Positions 39,701 through 53,200 of a stretch of 64,000 bases of DNA are shown piece after piece (position 1 is the first letter of the stretch; every line of letters begins with the position of its first letter). The DNA lies in contig KZ537974.1 of the NCBI GenBank assembly GCA_000934665.2, forward strand, positions 62,001 to 126,000, written 5' to 3'. The position numbers and the translations under genes were made by a program. This DNA comes from Catajapyx aquilonaris (lineage: Eukaryota). The notes beneath the pieces are model-generated. The model was not told the DNA's origin and did no database searches. It worked only from the letters and a program-made list of their open reading frames with translations.

Positions 39701-42700
39701 AAAAGAAGCATTCATAATGAATATAACAACTCTGACAGAATGGTCGTGTGCTTAATGAAGAGGAAATTAGGTTCACAAAGAGCCTTGTCGTAATAATACT
39801 TGCTTCTGGGCATCTCTATTTTTGGAGCCTTTGAATCTGTACAGTCGTTCTAAGGAGCTTAACGTATCACCAACGCCGTCACATAAATTGTAAGGGAATA
39901 TCAGTGACGATGAAGAAGAGAGAAATATCAAAATATAGACTATATTAAAGCCTCAATGAGGTACATAATGCACTTTAAGTAAGTCCATTTATTTCAACAT
40001 GTTAATAACAAGCGGGATTTAGGCTGGGATGCGAGACGGATTCAGAACAAGTGTGTGTGGCTGGTGACAATATTATAAACAATAATATTGCAGTAATAAC
40101 AACAACCACCACTAGATGTACAGAAGCATTCTCCCAGACTTAATTCAGCCTGTGGACGTTAATACACACACGCTTATAAGGGTCTTCTTTTATCATTTTT
40201 AACAAAATGTTGCTGGGAATTACTTGTGAATGTACAGTACGTCATTATGCCTGTACGCATTAGGATAGGATGGCTTTGTACTCATGCTGATGCTACCTGC
40301 TGAACAGAAACTAGACTTCATCCCCATTAGTTTTGACGCAAATGTTCATTGTACAGGAGCACACCAGTGTGAATCCGTGTACAATCTAGCATCACATTGT
40401 TGAACTGCTTCAGGGAGTGTACTGTATGGCCTGGAAGTATGGAGTCAGTCGACAGCAAATGCGCCCAAAATGCGCCACGTTCAGTGCCAGGACGCAAGAC
40501 GCTGAATGGTCTCCCGCAAATTCGTAGTCCCGCGCGATTTGCTCAGAAGACACCGGGAGATGATTCGCACTCTGCCGCACCTTTGTTGCCCTGATTGCAT
40601 TGTTGGAGGCAAGCGGTGCGTACTACAACCTGCAGGAGCGCTACGAGAATAATTTAAAGGTTGTCGAATTGTTGGCCGGGAGAGGGTACGGCGCAAACAA
40701 AGGAGCTCCCCCGTGCATTGAATTTCCGGCAAAGACCACCGCCTCCTGGTTGGTAGTACAGGCAGGCAGTACATCCGAAATCCATCTGCACGCATCCGGG
40801 AAAAATGCTCAGCCTCACCCACCATTTTGCCCCATTCCTATCGTCGCTCTGCGGCTGGAATTCGGTTCGGAATCAGGGACAAGGCAGCTGGCGGAGATTC
40901 CACGGACTTGGGGACTAAATCTTGCATCGAGGGAATTCTTGGGGACCGGTTGCAACTAGGCTGGGATCACGCTTCATCTTTCCTCTTGAGTTTAAGGCAC
41001 TTTATGGGCCAAATGCAGAGACAGTGGTGCAACTTCTCTTTGCTAACATGTTGCTACAAACTGCAGGCAGATTTTACGGTTGGGGAGAAACTTTGTGGGT
41101 GGTCAGTAACTTCCGCATTTGCTTCTGACAGGGCGATTCCTGTTTTCTAAAACCATCTGCATCACTTGGGCTGAGAGTCGTAGATATAACTTGATAGCGT
41201 TATGGTAAAATGAAGCTGCCGACTTGGGTATACACTACAGGCAAGTATTACGAATTCAGAGTAACCGTGTGTTTTCGTTAGCATCACCTGTGCTATAATC
41301 TAGCGACTTTAGAATACAATAACAGTGCCTGATTCAATTTGCCGAGAGTCTGGCCGGCCATGTGGAGGTTCCGCTCTATGTACAGTATAAATAAAATGAT
41401 GTGCTTGTTATTCAAATTTTGGTATGTTAATCAAGCCTCTGTGCCCTCAAGGTGGCTAGTGGGTAAATACAATTTTATTATAATTTTATGCGCAGGGGGG
41501 TGTTAGGTAGCCTGCAGTTCTTCGTACTTCTAGATCAAAGTGCAGCATATCCCCCTTGGAATCAGGCTTCCCAACATACAACACAACCACAAGGTTTGCT
41601 CTGAATAGCCAGGATAACTAGGTCAGACTGCAGATCACTGGTTATTTTAAAAGGTAGAACGTCGTAAACATGTGAAGTGTAGGCCTCGTTGTATGAATGG
41701 TCCTTCATGTAGGCAAGTGCTCATGCAGTGTTCACTTGACTTGCGTTTGCAATAGGATATGTACGCGTAATAGAGTAAGGGTGCTTGTACTTAATCAGGG
41801 TTGGTGGTTAGTGCCTCTCGATCCTCTGATCTCTTTTGTGGCAAATGAGTCGATGGACACCAACGAGGCTCTTTTATTTCCAGCAAATCTTGACTCGGGT
41901 GTAGACTGATAAGGCGGGGTTTCATGCCCGGATTGGTAATTACTGGGCGGGCATTATTAAAGAAGCCCACAGAGGAAAAATGAGCTGGATTGGAAGGAAG
42001 CCTTTCCTCTTCTTAAACCTTTAATGAATACGAAACAAGAAGTCTGGTCTCATTTCTCTTGTGCGCCAGGAAGCGTGGCAAAAAGGTGCAAGGAGGCAGT
42101 TTAAATGAGGAAAAGTTCGTCTCTTTTGGCCTCGAATTAATAACACCCTAGCGTTCTATTTGGACGGGGCATGTCGAGAGGGGCGTCGTGGCAACTACAC
42201 AAAACACCAGCTTGGCCTAATTGTTTTGTTTCGCCCCCCTTTTAACCCCCCTTTTGGACAGTGGTCAAGCACAGTTTTACATGCGTGCCAAGCACGCTAA
42301 TGGAGGTTTCTTTTTTTGGGGTGAAATCTGTGTATTCCGTTTCCATCCAGCCATGAAATCATCTTTGTGTAAGGTGCTAAAACGACTTTTAGTGTATCTG
42401 CAGTAATAACATGGGATTTCTGGAGCAGAAACTAATCGGGTTGGAACATGTGGCTCTTTCCCACTCGATTCGCGATAGAACTCGGAAATTAATAGTCGAA
42501 CGTGAAATTTTGACGATTGAAAAGCTCGTAATTCGGATTCGCCTTTGTCGTGGATTGGCACCATATAAACTGTGGCCCAAAAAAAAATAGTGATCGGCTT
42601 GATTAATTTTGGGCGGTCGGATTTGGAAATGATTACCGAATTACAAATTTACACTGTGCCATTAACGACAGGAACACCATGTCAACAACAGGGCGCAAAT

Positions 42701-44184
42701 AAATGGTTTGGAAACTACTACCCCGTGTACATAACACCTAGTAATACACACTGCCATTAGCGTCGCTCGCCGGAATATAACACATCAAGATTTACATGCT
42801 TGCGCGATTGTACATGAACCAGAAAATTACACGTGACGTCATCCATTCAGGCAGTAAAATTGGGTATTTTAGGCGCAATTTACTCGCGAAAAAATATATA
42901 TCAAGTTGGTCCAAATTTGACGAGCCATGGTTGGATGAAATGAAGCGGGAGCCAGATTCTATTCCAAGTCTTTCAGACTTTTTTTTTTTTCAAAAAAAAA
43001 GAAGAAGAAGAGATAGAAGTCTCGTCGTTTATCAGCCGGAATAAGTAGGTTTAGTGGCACAGAGTTTGAGCCGTTTCGGCGCTTGAGTCGTGAATGACAT
43101 TTCCTCCCAATTTATCATGGGGACGATTGCCGTGTGGAAATCGATAATCATTAGGTAGGTGGGACGCTGGGTAGATATCGAGTGATGGGTGGGGCGGCCC
43201 CGGGGCGGATAATGTTGTGGGGGGCATGCCGTGAGATGGGAGAGAAGCGACCGTAATTGGCAGGGCATCGACCCTATATCCTCTACCCCACTCTTTGTTT
43301 CACCCCTGCCGCTGTTATTAAGCTGGGAGAGAGACAGAAGAGATGCATCGATTAGTGCTTGTTCCTGTCGAAACGGGAGATAAGTGACTCTTCAAATCCT
43401 ATATGGGGAAAAGCAGGGGCCGTCCTTCAGGTTCAAGTAGAATTTTGTTAGCATGTACAGTACAAGGATCAAAAGGACTGTGTGTGCATGGAAGGAGCGG
43501 TTGCGTGTCAGGCACAAAGCTGATAGTTGGGGGTCCAACAGTCAGTGGACAGTAGATAACGAGGGTATTCTGACTATCTGACAGGTTTTTGTCATGTCTG
43601 AAATCCAGGGTTAATTCGCACCGTTTAAGTGTGGTTGCAAAAGCATTTTACGGCATGTAAAAGTTTCATGTGGTTTGCCGGAATTTTTGTAGTGTAATGT
43701 ATGCCTGTGTACTGTGGTAACTTACAGATTTTTGTAATGAGGTGTGTGAGGAGGTTCCGTTTTAGATGTTAAACTGTAGGCGACAGAAATGTGCATGTTC
43801 ACGTCGCTTTTCATGAAAAAAATTATGTACGCTTTATTTGGTGCGGCATATGTTTACACAGCTCGATACTACACGCCTTGCTCGGGACATAAAAGGCAAT
43901 TTAAAAATTATGAAATCCAATTTTGACTAACCGTTTCAAAACTGTCTAACATTCAACAACACTCCCGCCTGATGTTAAAACAACATAGACGCAGCTCTTG
44001 GTCGATATGCAGTTACCACCCGGACAGACCGAGTAAGGGTCACATTTAGCAGTCAGTATAACTTTGAAATGACCCAAATAAGCAATTTGGAAATAAATTT
44101 GGGTGGGCAGCCCCTGGTAGAGTTTGGGCCGAGGAGAAAGCGGCATATATCGACGCGCATTGGCCTGGTCCCGAGCTGGTGCCT

Positions 44185-44220
44185 GCGTCGGAGGCGTCGG
44201 AGGCGTCGGCGGGCGCCGGG
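44185..44220. repeat. 9-bp GC-rich tandem repeat (GCGTCGGAG, about 3-4 units) in a small CpG-rich patch
   Basis: gcgtcggag gcgtcggag gcgtcggcg ggcgccggg. Confidence 0.85.
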
Positions 44221-47200
44221 GAGGGAAGCAGTCGAGCCAAGGGCCGCCTCCGATTCAGATCCGATCCTCCACTGCTCGGATACACATCCTGTACCACCCA
44301 CTATAAGACCATGAGTGTCACTCTTCAGGGTGCGTGTGCGCGTGTTGATTCCAGTGCGTGATTTTTTGGCGGCTTCTTGATTTTTGGGGGATAAGGGTGG
44401 GTCGTTTTTTTAGGTGGCTCTGGCCAGTGATGTGACGTGTGTATCATTCCTAAGTGACGGGAATGGTTGATCCCCTCAAAGTTTTCTGGGTGTTAACCAA
44501 CAGCACCTACTTAGGTGAGTTATAACCTGTTATTAATGGTGGTTATCAAGATACGGGAAGGGAGCATCATTTTGGTGGGGTGAATAATTCATTATCCTGC
44601 CTGCGTTCTCCATTTGAGCCATTAGGAGTAGAATTTTCCCCTGTTAATAATATATGATAGGGAATTTATGATTTGGAGCGGAAGTCGAAATATCAGCGCT
44701 GGACAGGGCGGTGCAGAGGAAAAAAAAGGCCAAATTCCCATGACCCCCTTTTTGGGTTTTTGCACATTTCCAATTCCATCACCCTTCCCGCACATTACCA
44801 GCAAACGGTTTCCATGCCCGGTTATTATTCATCATCCCAACTGCATGGGCCAAGTGTTCCGCCAGAGGCCATTGTTATTGGTTCCTGGGAGAGCCTGTTG
44901 TACCCTGCACCAGGGAATCGGATGGTGACTGCGAATTTCATAACTTATATTCTGAATATTTGAAATTCTACCTAGCTGATTTGAGTAATAGCCAAGTTGG
45001 ACTTTTTGAACCGCCCTGTCCACTATGCAAACACTGTACAGTTGGAGTGTACAGTCCGCCTTTGACCTAGGCATGTATGCTTTGAGCCGCCCCTCGTTTG
45101 ACACACACATGACCCTTATTCATCCTTCCTTTTCCGAGTGTGCCCAGCTATTGAACAAGTCGCGTCCTTTTGTTCCTCCACTTTGAATCGGAGCAGACGA
45201 CACCGTGTGCTCCAACTCTCTCCAAAAAGCTAGACAATCTGCAGCTAGAAAATTGCCAATTAATTTCGGACCAAATGTTGGAAATGGAATTAAAAGAAAT
45301 GTTGCGGTAGGTCTGACAGCCCCCTCCCTTCTTTCCTGTAGGCCCTTTTGTACGTGACCTGAGGAAATGCTGGTGGGATGGTGCAGGAAGATTGATCACC
45401 TGAGCCTTTTGTTTCCTAATCGGCACATTGCTGGCGTGATGATTAATCCTGAAATATATTTTTTTGTGACGTTTAACAGGCCAACTTCATTTGCAGACGG
45501 AATGAAGGTTCAGGCCCGAAGTTTTTTTTTGTTGGATTGCCACTAAATAGTGGGTCGATTTGTGTTGTGGCTGCGTGATTGTGTATGATTTAGGGCCTTC
45601 TGGTTTGATTGCGCAGGGATTAGAGCTCAGGGCAACATTCACTGTTGGGATTATCCAGGACCTCCGTCCCATGTGTTGTTCAGATTATGTTCTGTGCCCG
45701 CAGTTAGTCTGGCAACAAAAGAGTTGCATTTATCGCCAATAACACTCCCGTTGCCTTTTGTGCCCGGGAAAAGGTTTACGCGAATGCTATACGGTGGCTT
45801 AAAGTATTGGCCCGTTGTTTTTAGCAAGAACAGCCCTTTTATTTGTGAAGAGTGTTTGCGAAATAAAGCGAAATTGTGTCAGTATAGTTGAGGATATTTT
45901 GTGAATCCAGCTTAGCTTTTTTTACCACTTTACCTGATATCTTTGTGCAGGGATACTGCTTTGTTTTCTCAGGTTTTCAGTAACAGATTTTTGTTTTTTT
46001 TTTGGACTGCCCGGTGGTAATTTCATTTGTACACAATATTCCAATATTTTAACCTGCACATGAGCCGCATCGATTTTCAATCGCGCTACGCATTTTAGCT
46101 ATCTGAGACACAATGTGTGTTCTGAAAGCAACAGTAGTGCTGAACCCGAATGGAGAGTTCCTTCTGGCGCTGCGATTTTAATTGCCCTGACATCATAACT
46201 GGGTCGGCCCAGAATTCTCAATTAGGCTGCACAAAACACCTCAGGTTTTCCAGCAGTATGCAAATAACAGGCCTCCTGTATAAAGAAAAAGTTTGGTCAC
46301 GGTTGCTATTCACAGCCTTTTGTGTTTTTCACTCTTTCAAGCGTGCCCGGAGAGCTCTTTTTTGTGTGTAAAACTTACAACCGGTTATTGTTGAACAAGG
46401 TTGGACACGCCTGGCCGCATTCTATTATTTACCGCATATAATTTGGTAGCCAGAAAATAGTGCAAAATAGTGAGTTGAAGTCTGAACACGTCGTAACTCC
46501 CAGAGTCCGCCTCATTTGGGACTTTGACGTCCGTCAGATTGCAACTTAGGAGTTAGTGGCCAGGGAGCCTCAAGTTGGGCGGAGGCCCTAATTTGTTGAC
46601 GTGTGCTGGGGCAAGTTAGGGGGGGGGGGGGGTGGCGGNTAGTCGGAAGCTAGTTAGTTGCTCGGCTGAGCCAACCATCACTCGAGATGGCTTACATCTG
46701 GAATGCACTTGGCCGGACACAAATCCTCTTCCGCTGCTGGAGCCTGGCTGGAGGAAAGCACAATAGCGCAGCGGTCTGGAAACGGGCAAGATGCTGCGGC
46801 AGCAGGGGAAAATACAAATTCCTGGCCAGGTGCAATCAATGGGCTTGCTTGCCGCCGTCTATTTGTTGTGGCTCCGGGGGAATTCCGGGTGGGACAATTG
46901 GCGCGTCGGGTTTTTGTGGCCAACAATAGCTTGAAATGTAATTGGGTAGGACGGAAGGGAGGTTGGCCTAATAATTGTGTACATGTACAGTCAGTGAAAA
47001 TATCATGTTTGGGGAAATCCAGCTGATGAAACCCGCACTCTTTTCAATGTGACGTGTCTAGGTAGATAAGCCCCGTTTCGTGGAATTACAGATTTGAGTT
47101 GACTTTTGGTTGCGGGATGTGAGACATTGTCTGATGTAATCTGAAATGTTTTCCACTTATCCTGTCGCATTAGTGGGGCGTGTGATCAACGACCTGCATT

Positions 47201-50200
47201 GCAGATATCACGCTTAGAGTTACACCCTGTGATTGTCAGACGTGTTGAAAAGGGGCGGGTCTGTATTTGGTGTGTAGTGCACGTAATGTCAGTTTCTGCA
47301 GGACTCCGACAGCATTTTAGGAATATTTTTGTGTAATTGGCTGGTGACTTCGTGTGTCAAAGCTGGCGTAATCAAAGGCGCTGAGCTCTCATGCATTCCA
47401 TCTTGTCATTAGCAGGTTTCAAAAGTACATCCGGATGACCTGTGCAATCCGATACGCAATCAACGTAATGAGGACTTGGTAGGACTTGACACGGAATGTT
47501 TGTCATTTCTGACATTATTTGTTGTGGTCGTTCCAACAATGCAAGCCAGCCCTGGGCTTAATATGCGAGTGTCACATTATCCCATCACATTTCTACTTTG
47601 GAGCTTGCTTTTGCAACTAGATACTTGCGTATGCAGCGGTGTTTTGTGTCATTACAGCATTCTGCTGGTTGCTTCATGATTCAGGGAGACTAGACGTATG
47701 AGGCTGTTCCCTCCAGAACGGTCAGGAAAACAATAGAAAGTTTTATGGCGCCATCGATTTTTTTGTGCTGTTTCATTTTTTACCCTGCACGTTATTCCGC
47801 TCCGTCCTAAGCCTCCTTCTGCAAACAATTCTGCATCAAACATGCGATGTAGCAGCAATAGAAGAGATTGAATCTTCATCACAGCAGTATATCCAGGGCA
47901 AGTCGAGAGATTAAACAGTTTTAAAGGGGGAACGCAAGATCTATATTGGTTCAGCATTGTTGCAGGTAAAGGTAACAGTGCAGGGCACGCTCCAAATATG
48001 ACGTTATGTTTTACCAAGCCTGCAGCGGTACTATTTCTAAATTCGCGGCGAGAAAATGGCCATGTTAAAAGGACAGGTCTAACCTCACATATCTCACGAT
48101 GCTTTTAGATGTGGCTAAACGCATCACTTGGTTTGTTAGGGGGCAAAAGTAGACCCATGCAGCATTTAAATTTGATTTAATCATATATCAATGCGTCAAA
48201 AACTGCGTCATTTTGCGATACACACTGCGGCACTGTGTTTTACAGTGTAAAATATATGTTTAAATTATATGCTCAATTCCGGTACAGTTTTGAGTGTCGT
48301 ACCTCTTTAAATTTTTCGAGCCAAGTAATCGATGGCAGTAGCTGAGTCTACAAGGAAAGAAAGGTTGGAGGTTTAGTTCATCACATCAATTAGGTTCTTA
48401 TCTGCTGCAACTCAGCCCCTTCTTTTTTTTCCTCTGGATTCCCTAGAGAGACTTGAACCCGGTTAAGGAACGTACTCCTTTTTTTTGTGGGTCCTACCCC
48501 ATTCCTTGCTTCCTCTGGAGTGTGGTTGCAAAATTGAGGGTGAAATATGAAGGGGGGGAGATATTGGTGAGGTTTTCCTTTACGAGTCCTGAGAGAGCCA
48601 TCGGTTCACATGACCTCCATAGTCTTGGGTAGGAGGGAGGACCACCCCCCCCCCCTCCAAAGTCTGACCGATATTCGATCAGTAGGAGCACACCATGTCT
48701 GCCAGGGAAGTCCATATTTGGCAGGAATGATGTGGTTGCGTCTTGGGCGTCGCAAACGACCTGGAATGGTGATGTAAAAGGGATGGAAGTCGGGGCCCCG
48801 GAGGTGCCATCTTTCATCACCCCCTCTTCGGATTGAGCAGCCCCCGAGAAGAGAAGAGAGCCTTGCATAATGCAGCCTTAAATCCTACTTTGCCTTGTAG
48901 GCTCCCTCTTTCTCCTTCAGATTTTCAGGAGATGAGTTAGGTCGTGGCCTGCAAGGACAAAAAAGCTCGGATTTTTTTAAAAAGTCTGACCTGGCTGCTT
49001 TACTGGCGCCCATATTCGCCGGTTGCAATTTTCTGGGGGGGGGGGGGGGGGGGNAAATACGAGCCTACTTAGCGACGGGCATTTTATTTCCAAGGGGATT
49101 CCCTGCACCGTTAGGGATTTCCCTGCCAGCAAAACGACCCTCTCTTAGAAAACGTGGAACCTTCATATGCCAAAACCCAATTTTTTTTGGGATGGAAGGA
49201 AGCGACAATTGGTTCGATTGCATTTCACATTTGGAAATGTGGTAACTGTTTTTTTTTTCCAACCCCATTTTTGCGAGGAAGGAAGACGCCAAGCTCTTGG
49301 AGATTTGCCGGTCGTTAGCCCCCTTTTCGCGTTGTCATTCCCGTAAGGGGAAAGAGGAAAGTTGGCACTGAGCTGGAGAGCTTTTCTGGCTGGCATTCCA
49401 TGCCTTTGCACCTCCCCCTCCCCTCCTCTCCATATCGGTATCCTACCACGCGATGGGAGGGAATAAAATGCCTGGAATTTTAAAGCGGAACATCCCAGCA
49501 GCGTTAATTATTCAGCCATTTTTTACCCTTCTAAAAATAATTACCACCCAAGGCATGAAATAGGAGAAGTTTGAGGTGTAAGACATTAGTAATCCAAGCG
49601 GAAAAGGCTGTAATTTTGCAGGTTTTGTCCCTAGGAGCGGGGGGTGGGGGTGGGAAGAGACTGATGAAGTCGCGCGTTCAGAACAATTCATATCCCAGGA
49701 AAAGTAATTCCCAAGTTTTGGGGCACGGGAGTCTGTGGGATGCGCCGCAAGCTGGCTTCACATTACACCCAGAGACATTATCGTCACAAGAATAGTGAGG
49801 GGTTTTCCGCATGAAATCCGACCAACTCTGGGACACTTTCTAATTACAAAACCCAGGCTTTAAAAAAAAAACAACACTGTATGATGCTGTAGGTAATAAT
49901 TGTTTTTCATTCTGGCAGTGGAGGACCCCACCGTGTTAACTTATGCATGTAGTGTGGAGTAATAGACGTCGGCAGCAGAGACGGATGGAGTCCCCGAATG
50001 TGGCGCCGGCGCCAATTCCTTGTCGCTTAATCCTTGGCAACAGCTGGAAAGAGCTGAATAATTGTGGGCAGAGCGCGGGAGCCACGCCAAGCTAATTCCA
50101 CGGGACTTTCTCTCCTGGATTCACATCACGGATTCTGTAGAAAAGATGTGCCCGTTCGAGGACCCTACGTGCTGCCAGTGCGGTTCTGACACTTTTTTTT

Positions 50201-53200
50201 ATTATATAGGGTAAGACGTCGAAGGGGTTAGCCGATTGTCAGTCGGTCCACTTAAGCGGCGGTTCGGAATCACGGCGGAAGTCATTAGGGCCGATTGGCG
50301 TCCGGCAATTTGATCACATTGGGGCTCCCCGCTGCATGTTCGCTAATTAACTCCCCAAGGTCGTTTGCACCCGGACTGGGAGGGCCAAAGAGTCAAAATC
50401 ACCGCCGCCGGAAACTTTCGGTGCTTGCAACAGCCGAAATGATGACTACGAGAACTGCCTGATGAATTTAGCTCTGGAAATGGTTTGAGACTTTTTTCGG
50501 ATGGTATAACCATTACTACCATCAGCACTATTTTATGGCAAGTCAACTATCGGCCTACCAAGGTGCTAGATTTGGAGGTGGTATTGGCAGCGATCTGACC
50601 GTTCTTCCTTCCTATCTGCCACTGCAGGCATATACATTTCCGAGGCGATTCGACTAAAGGAGAGGCAAAAGTGGGTTGATGCTCGATAGCGCCCTGGCTG
50701 TTTGGTCCAGGAGCCAAGAATTATTTCGATCCGGAAGATTCGGACCAAAACCTGTTGAATAATTCAAGGGGGGTGGAAGACCTAACATAGCTAAAGGAAG
50801 GGTATCGAGACCAGCCAAACGTTCCGCCTGCAAACAAAAGTACGCGAGTAAGGCAGATTCATGTTGACCACTTGGAAGGCGACATTAATCCAGGAGACAC
50901 TGAAGAAATGGACCCTGTGGTGGAGATTGCCTGGCTTTGAATTGCAAACTGGTCCCCGAGTAGTCCTTGTCCAATCGCCCAAACCCATTATGGAAACATA
51001 GGGACCCCTCTCTTTTCTCTTTCATTCCCAATGGCGATTGCACTGTCAGTTTGGGATGCGCAAAAAGCGTAAAAGAATATTGCTTTTTTTCGATATCGAT
51101 TAACTGGCCGGGACACCTCAGGTCAGTGTACGAAATGCACTTATTAGACTTGGCTACAAATTTGGTCAGTTCATACTTTTTTATTTCTTTTGCGTTATTT
51201 TTATATGAATGTACAAATACTGTATATTACTGGAAGCTTCAGTTTCATAATTAGTAATTTAAAAGTGCAGTAGAGCATGCATGGGCAGCTATGACAACAA
51301 TGCAGTATTCATTTCCGAAATCACTTTTTTGGTGTCCGAAAACAACATTACGTATTTCACTAAAATTTTAATTAATGCCCATAATTATATTGTCACTGCA
51401 GTTTGTAGTGCAGCAAACACATTATAACTACACAACACAGGGCTTGTGGCAGTAAAAAAGAGCTGAGGGAAAAATCGAGTTTGTGACTCTGCAATATTTA
51501 GTACGACACCTGATACAATTTATGTCAACTGAGCCACCCTGTACTGCATACTCCATCCTCCCCAAAATGTTCACACTACCCGCTCACCCCTGGTGCCTAC
51601 ACTTGTTTTATAACCCCCCGGTATAATTCAGGACAGATTGGCCCCGGTATTAATTTTAGCAAGTCCAATCCAGTTCCCGTCCATTGTGCTCCGGAATAGC
51701 AGCAAAAAAAAGAGAGGGGGGGGGGGGCCTTTTAAGCGGAAATGAGTGGTGTGGGTTGGGATTGTGAGGGCAGTCTATTGTGGCAGCATGGAGCCAGCAC
51801 ATTCCCATGTTCGCCAAAGAGCCCATCATTATGCACCGGTGGGAAAGAGTACGTCACGGGGGCTCTTACTGCCCCGGATTTTCCAGACGAGTATGGGAGG
51901 CCAGGACGCGGCTGCATTGGTAATTTCGCATCAGGAGGAAAAAAACCATTCTTTTTTTTTCTAGTTTCGCAAAATGGTAGGGAACAGCTAGCTTAAGGGT
52001 AGAAAAATGTAGGAGCGTTCGTTTCATACTAATTGGGATAATGAGTCTCGCTCTGGGAGTTTGCCCAACTGAGTTGACAAATCAACTTGGTGGCTCCTGC
52101 GATTTGTCGCTTGATTTTGGTGACGCTTGAAGCAATATGGGCGTCACGTGCTCATCCAATGCATTTGTAATGTGAGACGCCATCTTGTAATTCTGACACA
52201 GGGTTTTACGATTTGATTCCGGAACAAGCTGACGGTGAGGCTGCAATTAATGTTTCATTTTCTGGCCCCCTTTTTTTTTGGGGGGGGGGGGNACCTTATT
52301 CACGTCTTGAGACTGGATCGATGGCAGGCAGCTTGGCATTTGAATAAAGACGACTCCTTTCGTGCCTTTCCATTTTCAGTGGAGCGCCAGTAAACAAATT
52401 AGTCTTTTGGGGGTGGGCTATGAGGGAGGGCCAAATGGCAGGGGTATTTGAAGACAAGGTTTGAAACAATCCGAGAGCGTTTAGTAGGGGATCAATGGCG
52501 ATGGAAGTGCGGCTGCTGAGATAGCTGCCAGACCTATCCCATGAGGCTTTGAATCACGTTTACACTGAGATGGATACTGTATCTCCGGTAATATTGTCAA
52601 CACGACTTCACCAGATTCGTTTATTGGCCGATATGGACAGCCTTGAACCATGTCCCCAATAATATGTTGCGAGGTTCTTAACTATGTATTATGCAGGTTC
52701 GTTTCGTAGTCTTGAGCGGAGGGGTATAATATGCGTGACGAAATTTCCGATGTTTGTCAGGTCTGACGATATTTCATCCGTTTCATCGTGGGGGTGACAG
52801 GTGACAGCCCTTTATCAACGTCGACGAAGTTGGCCCTAATGTGTCAGGATGTCGCTTTTTTGCCGTGTTTCGCCGTGAATATTCAGAACACGACAAAAAA
52901 AACGAGGGGGAGTCGTTATTGAATGTAACAAATGGCTCAGCAATAACGTCGTGTAACAGGTAGTTATTGGAAACGGGGATGTTGATGACTTATTTTGGAG
53001 GAACGTGGCGCAGTGGAGGCGACAGGAGGACGGGAATGAAAAATCGTGCTTTGATTTTGTGCCCCGAATTTGTAGGTTTTTGCATACAATAGAAATTGAC
53101 TGGGCATGATGTCATATAGGGAATGTGTCACAGATTAGCGCTGCGGTATCCAACATGGGCAACATAACTAGATTATTGTCATATCGTTGTGCACAAACAC

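Noticed and set aside
50186..50216. ctgac-T8-attatatAG-G-GTAAGA as a ratchet point
   Set aside because: An extra G separates the AG from the GT, so splicing would leave a 1-nt frameshifting insert. There is no other support.
52811..52845. Peptide INVDEVGPNV resembling CadN 'NVDENAGPN'
   Set aside because: The match is short and gapped, an in-frame stop lies just upstream, the rest of the cadherin motifs are absent, and the position does not fit the gene order.
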